Shown piece by piece: positions 9,979 through 19,517 of a stretch of DNA of 64,000 nucleotides (position 1 is the first letter of the stretch; every line of letters starts with the position of its first letter). The notes under the pieces were generated by a model, which searched no databases, was not told the origin of the DNA, and saw only the letters and a program-made list of their open reading frames with translations. The position numbers were made by a program, and so were the translations under genes. The DNA comes from an uncultured Candidatus Rokubacteria bacterium (GTDB lineage: Bacteria > Methylomirabilota > Methylomirabilia > Rokubacteriales > DASRDR01), in assembly GCA_963805625.1 (NCBI GenBank), contig CAWDVE010000020.1:1-64000 (forward strand), read 5' to 3'.

Positions 9979-10563
9979 TCAGCGCAGAACGCCGCGGGTG
10001 GCCCGCCAGGTGTGGACGATCCGGTGGACCGCCGTCGCGTTCGCCCCGAGCGCGACCACCCAGATCGCCGGGACCAGCAGGTCCAGCAGTGCGCCGACGA
10101 TGAGCACGAGCATCCGCTCGCCTCGCTCCATGAGCCCCACCCGGCACTCGACGTCCACCGACTCGGCGCGGGCGCGCGTGTAGCTGACCATCACGGTCCC
10201 GATGACAGCCAGGAGCACCGCGGCCACCGTCTCCAGCCGGCCGAGGCGGGCGAAGAGGAAGACGATCCCCGCGAGAACCAGGAGGTCGGAGTAGCGGTCG
10301 AGGACCGAGTCGAGGAAGGCGCCGTACGGCGAGGCCTGGCCGGAGACTCGCGCCAGCGCTCCGTCGAGGATATCGAGCGCTCCGGCGAGGGCCAGGCAAA
10401 GGGCCCCGGCCCGACGCTGGTCCGCGGCGAAGGCAGCCGCCGCGATCATGGAGCACACGAGGCCGAAACAGGAGAGCTGGTTGGGCCGGAGCCGCAGCCC
10501 GACCATCGCGCGGGCCACGGGCTCCGCGACCCGCGAGACCTCGGCCCTATACCGCCCGAGCAC
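9979..10563 (-). CDS. CDP-alcohol phosphatidyltransferase
   Basis: DILDGALAR...GAFLDSVLDRYSD signature and SYTRARAE; GTG start overlaps the glnD end. Confidence 0.92.
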   Translation of the reverse strand: MLGRYRAEVSRVAEPVARAMVGLRLRPNQLSCFGLVCSMIAAAAFAADQRRAGALCLALAGALDILDGALARVSGQASPYGAFLDSVLDRYSDLLVLAGIVFLFARLGRLETVAAVLLAVIGTVMVSYTRARAESVDVECRVGLMERGERMLVLIVGALLDLLVPAIWVVALGANATAVHRIVHTWRATRGVLR

Positions 10564-13276
10564 CGTCCACCACCTCCCCGGCGAGGGCGGTCTGGATCGC
10601 CTCGCGCAGGCGCGCGAGGGCGGCAGGGTCATCGACCTTGCGGCCCCCGCGATCGGTCACGTAGAAGGCGTCGAGCGCATGATCCAGATCGGTGGCAATC
10701 TTCGCGGTCGCGATGTCGAGGCCCTCGGCGGCCAGGGCCCGCGTGACGAGGTAGAGGAGCCCGAGCCGGTCCACCGCCTTCACCTCCACGACGGTGTGAG
10801 TGTCGGACAGCGAGTTATCGACCGTCACCCGCGCCGGCCCGGGCGTGGAGGGCCGCACGAGTCCGGGGCGGCGCGGCCGCCGCTCGGCCAGAAGCGCCTC
10901 CACCGAGCATTCGCCCGCCAGGGCCCGGCGGAGGTCCCGGGTGACGGCCTCCCAGCGGCTCTCGTCGAGTATCGCGTCACCGCCCGGGTCGTTGACGTGG
11001 AAGGTGTCGACGGCCACGCCGTCGGCCCGCGTCTCGATCTGGGCGGACAGGATGTTGACCCCGTGAGCCGCCAGCGTACCGGCGATGAGCGCGAAGAGCC
11101 CGGACGTGTCGCGGGTGACGACGACGAAATCCGAGGCCCCGAGGTCCGGGAAGTGGAACACTTCGGTCACGGCCGCTTCCTCCCGCAGCCGGTCGATCAG
11201 CCGGAGGTGGGCCGCCATGCGCTGGGGCGACGTCGTGCGGACGTAGCGGTCCGACATCGCCTGGAGGTGCTGCTCCGCGGCCTCCCGGTAGGCCGGGTCC
11301 GCGAGGGCCTGCACGATCCGCTGGGCCACGACCGCTCGGCGCGGCGCCTTCGGGGAGCGTCCCGCGAGGTGGGTCCGCGTCCGGAGGTAGAGCGCGCGAA
11401 GAAGGGCCCCCCGCCACGCGTTCCACACCCCCGGACCGACCGCCCGGATGTCCGTGCAGGTCAGGAGGTAGAGCATCGTGAGCCACGCGGGAAAGCGCGC
11501 CACCGAAGCCAGGCGCTCCGCGGTCTTCGGGTCGTCGATGTCCCGGCGCTCGGCCATGTGCGACAGCAGGAGATGATGCTCGACCAGGAACTCGACGGCC
11601 GCGGCGTCGTCAGCGTCCAGGTTCAGCCGACGTGTCACGGCCTTGATGAGCGGCACGCCCTTCGGCGCGTGGCCGTGGCCGAGCGCTTTGCCGATGTCGT
11701 GGAGGAGGATGCCCAGCATGAGCAGCTCCGGCCGCTCCACCTCGGCGAGGATCTGTGCCAGCTCGTCCGTCTCCGGGCCCTGACCGGGACCGAGCCCCTC
11801 CAGCACCTCCACGGCGAGGAGCGAATGCTGGTCGACGGAATAGCGGTGGTAGTGATCGTACTGGACGAGACAGTCGAGCGCGCCGAACTCCGGCAAGTAG
11901 GCGCCGAGGACACCCGTGTCGTGCATCCGGCGGAGCGTGGTCGCCACGCGGCCCCACGAGCGGAGGATCGATAGGAACAGCTCCTTGAGCTCGGGCGACG
12001 CCCGCCACGCCTGGTCGGCGAGCGTCGGTGCGGCCTCTTCGAGCGCCCGCTCGAGCTCGACGTCGAGCGCGCACCCGAGCTGCTGAGCGTGCCAGAAGAC
12101 GCGCAGGATGCGCGCGGGGTTCACCTGGAGGGCGCCGGGCTCCGCCAGGTGGAGCCGGCCATCGTAGACGACCAGCCCGTCGGCGAGCGCCGCCCGCCGG
12201 CCGCGGCGTCCGACCGTGCCATGACGCGCGAGCCCCTCCTGACAGCGCGCGATCAGGCGCGCGGAGATGCGGTGGATCGTCCGGGCGTGGCGGTAGTAGT
12301 CGCGCATGAACGTCTCGACCCCGAGGCGGACCTCATCGTCCGCGTAGCCGAGACTCTTGGCGACCGGCGCCTGGAGGCTCCGCTCGAGCACGTCCTGCTT
12401 CGTCCCCGCCAGAAAGTGGAGCTCGTTCCGCACCCGCCAGAGGAAGGTGAGGGCCGCATCCGTGGCGGCCCGCTCCTTGGCGGTCAGGTGCCCCTTGTCC
12501 TCGAGCTCCCGGAGTGTCCGCGTGCCGAACCGCGCCGAGGCGAGCCAGAGCGCCGTGTGGACGTCCCGCAGCCCCCCGGCGGACTCCTTGACGTTCGGCT
12601 CCTGGAGGTACACGGAGCCGCCGTGCCGGCGGTAGCGCTCGTCGCGCTCGACCAGCATCTGGGCAAGGAACTCCGGGTAGTCCCGGCGGTAGACCTCGCG
12701 GCGGAGCGTCTGCTGGAGCGCGCGGAACAGGCGGTGGTCGCCGGCGAGCACGCGAGCGGCCTGCATCGACGTGCGGCTCGGCAGGTCTGTCCGCGCGAGG
12801 GCGAGGCAATCGTCGAGGGACCGGCAGGCGTGGCCCACGCGGAGACCGAGGTCCCAGAGGGTGTAGAGGATCTCCTGCGCCATCCGCTGGACATAGGGGG
12901 TGACCTCGCCTCCATGGATGAGCATGAGGTCGAGGTCGGAGGAGGGGTGGAGCTCCCCGCGCCCGTACCCGCCGAGCGCGACCAGGACGAGGCGCGAGGG
13001 CGGGTGGCCCGCAGCGCGCACCTCGGCGGCGGCCGTCTCGTAGAGGCCGCGCAGGAGATCGTCCATGAACGCCGCGTGGGAGCGAACGCTCTCGGCGCCC
13101 GACGCTCCGTCGGCGTGACGGGTCTTGAGGCGGTCGTAGGCGGTGGTGATGTGCTCGCGGAGCACGTCGAGACGCGCGCGCCGGCGCTGTTCGGGCCACT
13201 CCGCCTCGGGGCCGACGAAGCTCTGCCTCACCGTCGCCTCCGCGCGACGCAGGCGCCCCACCAGCGTCTCAGCCAT
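10547..13276 (-). CDS. glnD: [Protein-PII] uridylyltransferase
   Basis: ALGGYGRGELHPSSDLD, EPNVKE..GGLRD, HD domain (LLHDIGK) and two C-terminal ACT domains; ATG at 13276. Confidence 0.96.
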   Translation of the reverse strand: MAETLVGRLRRAEATVRQSFVGPEAEWPEQRRRARLDVLREHITTAYDRLKTRHADGASGAESVRSHAAFMDDLLRGLYETAAAEVRAAGHPPSRLVLVALGGYGRGELHPSSDLDLMLIHGGEVTPYVQRMAQEILYTLWDLGLRVGHACRSLDDCLALARTDLPSRTSMQAARVLAGDHRLFRALQQTLRREVYRRDYPEFLAQMLVERDERYRRHGGSVYLQEPNVKESAGGLRDVHTALWLASARFGTRTLRELEDKGHLTAKERAATDAALTFLWRVRNELHFLAGTKQDVLERSLQAPVAKSLGYADDEVRLGVETFMRDYYRHARTIHRISARLIARCQEGLARHGTVGRRGRRAALADGLVVYDGRLHLAEPGALQVNPARILRVFWHAQQLGCALDVELERALEEAAPTLADQAWRASPELKELFLSILRSWGRVATTLRRMHDTGVLGAYLPEFGALDCLVQYDHYHRYSVDQHSLLAVEVLEGLGPGQGPETDELAQILAEVERPELLMLGILLHDIGKALGHGHAPKGVPLIKAVTRRLNLDADDAAAVEFLVEHHLLLSHMAERRDIDDPKTAERLASVARFPAWLTMLYLLTCTDIRAVGPGVWNAWRGALLRALYLRTRTHLAGRSPKAPRRAVVAQRIVQALADPAYREAAEQHLQAMSDRYVRTTSPQRMAAHLRLIDRLREEAAVTEVFHFPDLGASDFVVVTRDTSGLFALIAGTLAAHGVNILSAQIETRADGVAVDTFHVNDPGGDAILDESRWEAVTRDLRRALAGECSVEALLAERRPRRPGLVRPSTPGPARVTVDNSLSDTHTVVEVKAVDRLGLLYLVTRALAAEGLDIATAKIATDLDHALDAFYVTDRGGRKVDDPAALARLREAIQTALAGEVVDGARAV

Positions 13277-13286
13277 TCCGAAATCG

Positions 13287-13315
13287 ACGCTAGCATGGGG
13301 GGTAGGGGGTGTCAA
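13287..13315 (-). promoter_or_regulatory. Sigma70-type promoter of glnD
   Basis: Reverse strand TTGACA-N17-TAGCGT with extended TG; 10 nt from the ATG, no SD. Confidence 0.75.
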
Positions 13316-13344
13316 ACCCGCGCCACCATTGGCGCAGCGCCGAT

Positions 13345-13374
13345 TTGACAGCCCTGCGTTCGGCCTCGTATCAT
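13345..13374 (+). promoter_or_regulatory. Sigma70-type promoter of the divergent SBP gene
   Basis: TTGACA-N18-TATCAT. Confidence 0.7.
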
Positions 13375-13459
13375 CCACCCGCGACCCGGGACCCGACGGG
13401 TCCCGCACCGTCCCCCGGGGGTGGTGACGCACCCCGCACCCGTGAGAGGAGAACACCCC

Positions 13460-14443
13460 ATGAGGACCTCGCGACGCCAGTTTTTCCAGGTCACGGCCGG
13501 GGGTCTCGTTGCCGCCAGCGGCGTCGCCGGGCGCGCGCGCCCGGTAGCGGCCCAAGGGCCCACCGTCAAGATCGGCACGGCGGTTCTCGGCGACTTCTCA
13601 CTGGTCGCCCCCATCGTCGTGGCAATCGAGAAGGGGTTCTTCCGGACCCAGGGCGTCACGGGCGAGTTTCAGCCCCTCCGCGGGGGCCCGGACCTGGTGA
13701 AGGCCGTGATGGCCGGGCAGCTCCAGATCGGGGCCACCGGCGCGACCGACGTGCCCGTCTTCCGGGCCACCGGGGTGCCCATCCGGTTCATCGCCTCCCA
13801 AGTAGACGGGAACCACTTCACCCTCAATGTCACCCAGACGATCACCAAGCTCGCGGATCTCAAGGGCAAGTCGATCGGCGTGACGCGGGTGGGTGCGACC
13901 ACCTGGATCTTCGCGATGATGCTGGCCAAGCAGCAGGGCTGGGTGCCGGAGAAGGACATCACCGTCGTGGGCCTCGGAGGGCTCGACGCCCAGCTGGCGG
14001 CGCTCACCCGCGGTGAGATCGCCGCGTTCATCTGGGGGGACGGCGGGGCCGTGACGGAGCTCCAGGGCAAGTCGAAAATCCTGCTCCGACTCGACACCGT
14101 CACGCCGAAATGGATCAGCCAAGCGTACTACGCGACCGACGACTACATCAAGGGCAACAAGGACACGCTCCAGCGGACGTTGAAGGCGCTCTTCCAGGGA
14201 GCGCGCTTCATCCGCGAGAACCCCGGGGAAGCCGCGACCATTGCGAGCAAGACACTTCAGTGGCCCGAAGAGGCGGTTGCTCGGGCCCAGAAGGTCTCGG
14301 GCCCGCTACTCTCCAAGGACGGGGTACTGAGCGTCGAGGCTCTCGAGGTGATGCAGACCACGCTCCTCGAGTACAAGGCCCAGGAAAAGCGTGTCCCGAC
14401 AGCCGATCTCTACGCGGCGGAGTTCACGCCCGTCCGGCTGTAG
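13460..14443 (+). CDS. NitT/TauT-type ABC substrate-binding protein with a Tat signal
   Basis: SRRQFF twin-arginine motif; EKGFF..QG and DLKGKSIGVT (NMT1/SsuA-like); GAGAGGAG RBS. Confidence 0.9.
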   Translation: MRTSRRQFFQVTAGGLVAASGVAGRARPVAAQGPTVKIGTAVLGDFSLVAPIVVAIEKGFFRTQGVTGEFQPLRGGPDLVKAVMAGQLQIGATGATDVPVFRATGVPIRFIASQVDGNHFTLNVTQTITKLADLKGKSIGVTRVGATTWIFAMMLAKQQGWVPEKDITVVGLGGLDAQLAALTRGEIAAFIWGDGGAVTELQGKSKILLRLDTVTPKWISQAYYATDDYIKGNKDTLQRTLKALFQGARFIRENPGEAATIASKTLQWPEEAVARAQKVSGPLLSKDGVLSVEALEVMQTTLLEYKAQEKRVPTADLYAAEFTPVRL

Positions 14444-14493
14444 CGACCCTCGTCGAGAAAGTCGCTCATCGGCGCGGGCTCGCGCGGCACGCG

Positions 14494-15237
14494 CTAGCGC
14501 CAGTGGCCGAGGCGCCGGTTCAGGCGCTCGAGCCCGAGGACGACGCCGACCGAGAGGAGCGACACCAGTGCCGTCGCGGCGAAGAGCTCGGGCGCTCGGA
14601 ACGCGTTGGCGAGACCGACCAGCAGGAAGCCCATGCCCCGGATCCCGCCGAACATCTCGACGACGAGGACTCCCAGGAGGCAGAAGACGATTCCGAGCCG
14701 CATCCCCGCCAGGGCCGCCGGCAGCACGGCTGGCAGGATGACCTTCCGGTAGAGCTGCCACGGCGTCGCCCCCATCGAGCGGGCGACCAGGAGCGGCGTC
14801 CGGTCGACGTCCCGCACCCCGCCGGCCACCAGGAGACAGATCGGGAAGAATCCCTGGAGCACTCCGTAGACGACCGCCGGCGTCGCGGCGAGTCCGAAGG
14901 TGAGCATGATCCACGGCAGGATCAGGATTTTGGGCAGTGCGTACAGCGCGACGAGGAACGGGTTGAGGACGTCGTGGAGATAGCGCACGCCGCCGATCAG
15001 GAGACCGGCGCCGACGCCGAGCCCCACGGCGAGGGCGTAGGCGACGAGGGTCTTCCCCAGGGTCTCGCCGAGCAGGCCCAGCGCCTCCGGCGCGATCGCC
15101 CGGAAGGCGCGCGCCACCGCCGATGGCGCCGGCACGAAGAGCGGATCGGCCCAGCCGACTCGCGCGGCGACCTCCCAGGCCAGGACGAGCGCCCCGAGCG
15201 AGACGGCCTGGATCAGCCGGCGGCGGGCCGGGCTCAC
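14494..15237 (-). CDS. NitT/TauT ABC transporter permease
   Basis: ARSMGAT..QLYRKVILPA EAA loop and VEMFG...GMG; GTG overlapping start. Confidence 0.9.
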   Translation of the reverse strand: MSPARRRLIQAVSLGALVLAWEVAARVGWADPLFVPAPSAVARAFRAIAPEALGLLGETLGKTLVAYALAVGLGVGAGLLIGGVRYLHDVLNPFLVALYALPKILILPWIMLTFGLAATPAVVYGVLQGFFPICLLVAGGVRDVDRTPLLVARSMGATPWQLYRKVILPAVLPAALAGMRLGIVFCLLGVLVVEMFGGIRGMGFLLVGLANAFRAPELFAATALVSLLSVGVVLGLERLNRRLGHWR

Positions 15238-15992
15238 GCCGCACCCTCCATCCACCGCCGAGCGCGCGTCTCGGTCCAGGCCGCGGCGCCGTCGACGACC
15301 AGCACGAGCCCGAGCGCCAGCAGGGCGAGCGCCGCGTAGTCCGCCGTCCGGAAGAAGCCGTACGCGTAGTTGATGAGGTACCCGAGCCCCCGCCGCGCGC
15401 CGAGGATCTCGCCGACGAGCACCCCGACGACTGTCAGCGCGAGGCCCGCCCGGAGCCCGGCCACGAGCGTGGCCGTGATCCCCGGCAGGATGACCTTGAC
15501 GAAACACGTCCCCGATCCCGCCCCGAGGCTCCGCGCGACGGTCAGCAGATGCGGATCCACGGAGCGGATGCCGGCGAGGACGGCCAGCACCACGGGGAAG
15601 AACCCGAGCAGCACGCCGAACGCGATCTTCGACGCGGGGCCGAGGCCGAAGAAGAGCATCAGCGACGGGTACCACACGACGCTCGGAATCGCGTAGAGAG
15701 CCGAGAGGAGCGGCTCGTAGATCTCCCCGACGTGACGCGGCAGCCCGAGGGCGAAGCCGAGCGCGAGGCCGAGGCCGACGGCAAGCGCGTAGGCGACGAG
15801 CACCTCGTACACCGTCAGTCCAAAATGCCCCAGAAGGGTCGGGTAGGCCTCCAGCCGGAGCAGCCGGACGAGGGCGGGCAGGACGCGCGAGGGCGGGACA
15901 TAGAGGAGCGGATCTCGGCCTCTCGCCCCCAGCTCCCAGAGGACCAAGAGCCCGGCCAGGACGGCCAGCCGCGAGAGCACGATCCGTCTCAC
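15234..15992 (-). CDS. NitT/TauT ABC transporter permease
   Basis: ARSLGAG...KVILP and GEILGARRGLGYLI; GTG overlapping start. Confidence 0.9.
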   Translation of the reverse strand: MRRIVLSRLAVLAGLLVLWELGARGRDPLLYVPPSRVLPALVRLLRLEAYPTLLGHFGLTVYEVLVAYALAVGLGLALGFALGLPRHVGEIYEPLLSALYAIPSVVWYPSLMLFFGLGPASKIAFGVLLGFFPVVLAVLAGIRSVDPHLLTVARSLGAGSGTCFVKVILPGITATLVAGLRAGLALTVVGVLVGEILGARRGLGYLINYAYGFFRTADYAALALLALGLVLVVDGAAAWTETRARRWMEGAA

Positions 15993-16780
15993 GCGCCGCC
16001 GTCCAGCGCGCGCCGCGACTCGTCGCGGATCGCGTCCCACAGCGCGTGCCGGAGGGTCGCGGCCGGCACTGTGTCCAGATCGCGCGGGGTGGGGACCGTC
16101 ACCTCGAAGCTCGCCTTGATCCGCCCCGGCCGCGCCGTCATGACCACGATGCGCTGGGAGAGGAGGATCGCCTCCTGGAGGCTGTGGGTCACGAAGACGA
16201 CGGTCTTCCGGGTCCGGGCCCAGATGCCGAGGAGCCACTCGCCCATGAGGAGCCGCGTCTGCTCGTCGAGAGCCCCGAAGGGCTCGTCCATGAGGAGGAT
16301 GGGGGCGTCGAGGGCAAGCGCGCGCGCGATGGCCACGCGCTGCTTCATCCCGCCCGAGAGCTCCCGGGGGTAGCGCGCCTCGAACCCGCGGAGTCCCACG
16401 GGCTCGAGGAGCGCGCGGGACCGCTCGCGCCGGGTCCCCGCGGACACGCCCTGGAGCTCGAGCCCGAACTCGACGTTCTCGAGCGCCGTGCGCCAGGGAA
16501 ACAGCCCCGGATCCTGGAAGACCATCGCCATCTGGCGCGGGTCGGGGCCGTTCACCGGCCGGCCCGCGATCCGGACCTCGCCCGTGTCGGGCGTGGCGAG
16601 CCCGCCGATGATCGAGAGGAGTGTCGACTTGCCGCAGCCCGAGGGGCCCAGCACCGTGAGGAACTCCTGCGGGGCGACGTCGAGCGAGACGGCCTCGAGC
16701 GCGGGGACGGGCTGGTCCCGCGTGCGCCACGCTTTGGCGACGGCGCGCACCTCGATGTGGGCGGCGGTCACGGGCCGCAT
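15989..16780 (-). CDS. NitT/TauT ABC transporter ATP-binding protein
   Basis: GPSGCGKST, LSGGMKQR, LLMDEPFGALD and VTHS. Confidence 0.93.
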   Translation of the reverse strand: MRPVTAAHIEVRAVAKAWRTRDQPVPALEAVSLDVAPQEFLTVLGPSGCGKSTLLSIIGGLATPDTGEVRIAGRPVNGPDPRQMAMVFQDPGLFPWRTALENVEFGLELQGVSAGTRRERSRALLEPVGLRGFEARYPRELSGGMKQRVAIARALALDAPILLMDEPFGALDEQTRLLMGEWLLGIWARTRKTVVFVTHSLQEAILLSQRIVVMTARPGRIKASFEVTVPTPRDLDTVPAATLRHALWDAIRDESRRALDGGA

Positions 16781-16827
16781 CCTATCCCGGCCGGCCGGTC
16801 GCCCGCGAGGGCGGCTCGGCGGGGCGC

Positions 16828-19434
16828 TCAGCGCGGGGTGGCAGGCGCGGCCGTGAGCCAGGCCGGGGCCAGCCCGGCAAGGCGCTCGGCCAGGGCCGCC
16901 CGCACGTCCGGCATGACAGTCGTCCGGTCCACGTCGAGCGTGCCGCGGCCATGGTAGTGCACCTGGAGCTCGAAGTCCACCGGCTCCAGCTCCGTCGCGA
17001 ACGGCAGCACGACCTCCTCCCACGCCCCCGGCCCGGGTCTCGGAGTCCAGTCCAGAAACGCGACCGAATCGTACCCGCGCCCCGGGAGGTGTCGGAGGAC
17101 CTCGAGCCGTGCGATCGGTCCCGCAGCCGCAGGCGCGCCGCGCACGCGGAAGGTCGCGAGATACCGGCCACGGAGGAAGTGCTCGGGCAGCCAGACCTTC
17201 ACCACTCCGGCCGGAGTCGCGCCGCCCACGGCCCGCAGGAACTGCCCCCCGCCGGCCGTGGCGTCCTCGACGACGACGCCGATCCGCGCCGGGCTCGACT
17301 CCGCTTCGCCCCGGAAGATGTGCCCGTACCAGGTGAAGCGCCCGCGGCCGAGGAGGGCCGCGTAGCGCGCCCGCCACGCGTCCCCGTCCGGGCGGGCGGC
17401 CAGCTCGACGAGCCCCTCGAGGAGGCCGGGCGCGGCCCGCTGAAGGTCGCCGAGCGCCGCCCGGGCCCCGTCCGGCTGCCCGGCCCGCGCGCGCGCCCAG
17501 GCCAGGTCGAGGAGCCGGGCCGGCTCTATCCAGCGCGCACCGCGGCATGCGTCGAGCTGGCCGATGGCCCCCGTCCAATCCTCGAGCGCGAGGAGCTGCT
17601 CGGCCACATCGCAGGGCGTCCGGAGCAGGCGGACGGCGACGCGGCCCGTGCCGGGCTCGAGCCCCAGGCGGTAGACGTGCTTGAACCAGGGGAACCCTCG
17701 CCAGGGCGCGAGCTCGACGATGGTCGCGCGCCGGGAGTCGACGGACCAGCCGCGGCTCCGGAGCCCCCAGCGCACGCGGAGCCGGCCGTCGCCGGCCAGC
17801 GCGAGCACGATCCGGGGGAGCGGCGTCCGCGACACGAGCGTCCAGGTGCGCGGGTGACCCGGGGTCACGACGACGACGGCCCGGTCTGGGACCGCGTCGG
17901 GATCCAGGAAGACGACGTCCTCGTCCGAGGCGGCGTCGTCGGGCGGGGGGAACGCGTACGGCACCCCCATCGATTCGAGGTCGTAGTAGCTGATCGTCGG
18001 CGCGATGAACCCACGGGGGAGGAGCTCGAAGCGTCGCAGGAGCTTTCCCTCTCGCTCGAGCCGCGCGACCGTCTGGATCATCGGCTCGCTGCGCTGCGCC
18101 GAGTACCAGACGTGATGCCGATCGTCGCTCTGGGTATCCATGGCGAGGATCGGACCCCGCACCGTCGGATCTGCCTGCGCGTACTCAGGGAGAGAGATAG
18201 ACCGCACGTCGGGAGGCCAGTGGCGCTGCCGCCACCGGAGCGCAAGCTCCCGCGTGTCGTCGGTCCAGAAGAGGTAGGCGACGTGGAGCGCGTCCACGGT
18301 CCCGAGCGCGACCAGCGCCAGCGCCGCCCCGAGCGCCGCCCGCCGCGACCACCGGCCGAGGCTCACCACGGCCACCGCCGCGGCCAGCGCCACGAAGGGA
18401 GCGAGGATCACGAGGTAGCGGTCGTCGAGGCCGTGCGGGCGGAACCAGACGTAGATCGCGAGCACGATCGCGGGGGTTGTCAGGACGAGCGCGCCCGGCC
18501 AACCGCGACGCGCCAGGAGGGCGATCCCGGCGAGGGTGGCCAGGCACACGGGAAGCCCGCACCACTCGAGCGCGAGGCCGAGGACCACGCGGCCTCCGAG
18601 CCAGAACCGCTGGAGCACCGGCGGGGGCTTGCCGATGAACAGCTCCGGGGAGTCCTGGACCTGGCGAAGCCAGCGGCCCGGCTCGAGCAGCAGGAGCGGC
18701 GTGCTCAGCGCAAAGGCGACGAAGGTCAGGGCACACGCGCCCCCGAGGAGGGCGGCGGCGTGAGCCGGCGCGCGGCGCTGGCCGCCGACGATGGCCACGA
18801 GCGCCGTGGCAAGTACCACCACCCCGAAGAACTTGGCCGAGGCGGCGAGCCCCGCCAGCGCGCCCGTCGCCAGGATCGCCGCCGAGCGCCCGCTCAGGAG
18901 GGCGATCGTCGCTGCGCCAAAGGCCGCGACGACGAAGAAGGTCTGCGCGACGTCGCCCATCTCGTAGTGAGCGTTCACGATCGACGCCGGGCTCAGCGCC
19001 AGGAGGCCGGCGGCCAGGAGTCCAACGCGCCAGCCGAACAGCCACCGCGCCGCGACGGCGAGGAGGCCCACGGTCGCCATCCCCAGGACCGCGTTGATCA
19101 GGCGCACCGTGACGACCACCTGCGGCCACGAGGGGCTCTCCGCCGGGCCGTGCGGATCGATGAGGGCGCCGACCCGTAGCAGCAGCGCCGCGAGGTACAT
19201 GTGGAGCACCGGGTACGTGTCCTCGGGCACGAGGTCGCCCCGCAGGAAGGGCACGACACGCAGCAGCTGCTTCGTCGTGTCGGAGTGGTAGACCCAGTCG
19301 GGCAACCCGTAGCTGACGCCGGCCATGCGCAGCAGGAACGCTACGGCGAGGATCGTGGCGAGGAGCCCGCGAGCCCACACGGGACGCGACTCGACGCCCG
19401 AGGCCGCGACAGGCGGGGGCGACGCCGGCTGCAC
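16828..19434 (-). CDS. GT-C membrane glycosyltransferase (ArnT/PMT-like) with a large extracytoplasmic C-terminal region
   Basis: LR..G..YGLP, HSD, YP.LH.Y, GLAASAK and RYLV.L.P motifs; about 11 TM segments; GTG 6 nt after TACAAT (start inferred). Confidence 0.8.
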   Translation of the reverse strand: MQPASPPPVAASGVESRPVWARGLLATILAVAFLLRMAGVSYGLPDWVYHSDTTKQLLRVVPFLRGDLVPEDTYPVLHMYLAALLLRVGALIDPHGPAESPSWPQVVVTVRLINAVLGMATVGLLAVAARWLFGWRVGLLAAGLLALSPASIVNAHYEMGDVAQTFFVVAAFGAATIALLSGRSAAILATGALAGLAASAKFFGVVVLATALVAIVGGQRRAPAHAAALLGGACALTFVAFALSTPLLLLEPGRWLRQVQDSPELFIGKPPPVLQRFWLGGRVVLGLALEWCGLPVCLATLAGIALLARRGWPGALVLTTPAIVLAIYVWFRPHGLDDRYLVILAPFVALAAAVAVVSLGRWSRRAALGAALALVALGTVDALHVAYLFWTDDTRELALRWRQRHWPPDVRSISLPEYAQADPTVRGPILAMDTQSDDRHHVWYSAQRSEPMIQTVARLEREGKLLRRFELLPRGFIAPTISYYDLESMGVPYAFPPPDDAASDEDVVFLDPDAVPDRAVVVVTPGHPRTWTLVSRTPLPRIVLALAGDGRLRVRWGLRSRGWSVDSRRATIVELAPWRGFPWFKHVYRLGLEPGTGRVAVRLLRTPCDVAEQLLALEDWTGAIGQLDACRGARWIEPARLLDLAWARARAGQPDGARAALGDLQRAAPGLLEGLVELAARPDGDAWRARYAALLGRGRFTWYGHIFRGEAESSPARIGVVVEDATAGGGQFLRAVGGATPAGVVKVWLPEHFLRGRYLATFRVRGAPAAAGPIARLEVLRHLPGRGYDSVAFLDWTPRPGPGAWEEVVLPFATELEPVDFELQVHYHGRGTLDVDRTTVMPDVRAALAERLAGLAPAWLTAAPATPR

Positions 19435-19517
19435 GCCTCGATTGTACTCGGCGCTCACGCGCGGGCGGAGCGGCGCCGGCGGGGCGGCCGGGCGAACGAT
19501 GGTACACTCCGTCCGCC

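Noticed and set aside
13320-13335. Palindrome GCGCCA-N4-TGGCGC between the glnD and SBP promoters as an NtrC site
   Set aside because: The spacing differs from TGCACCA-N3-TGGTGCA, no sigma54 motif is evident, and GC-rich palindromes are common by chance here
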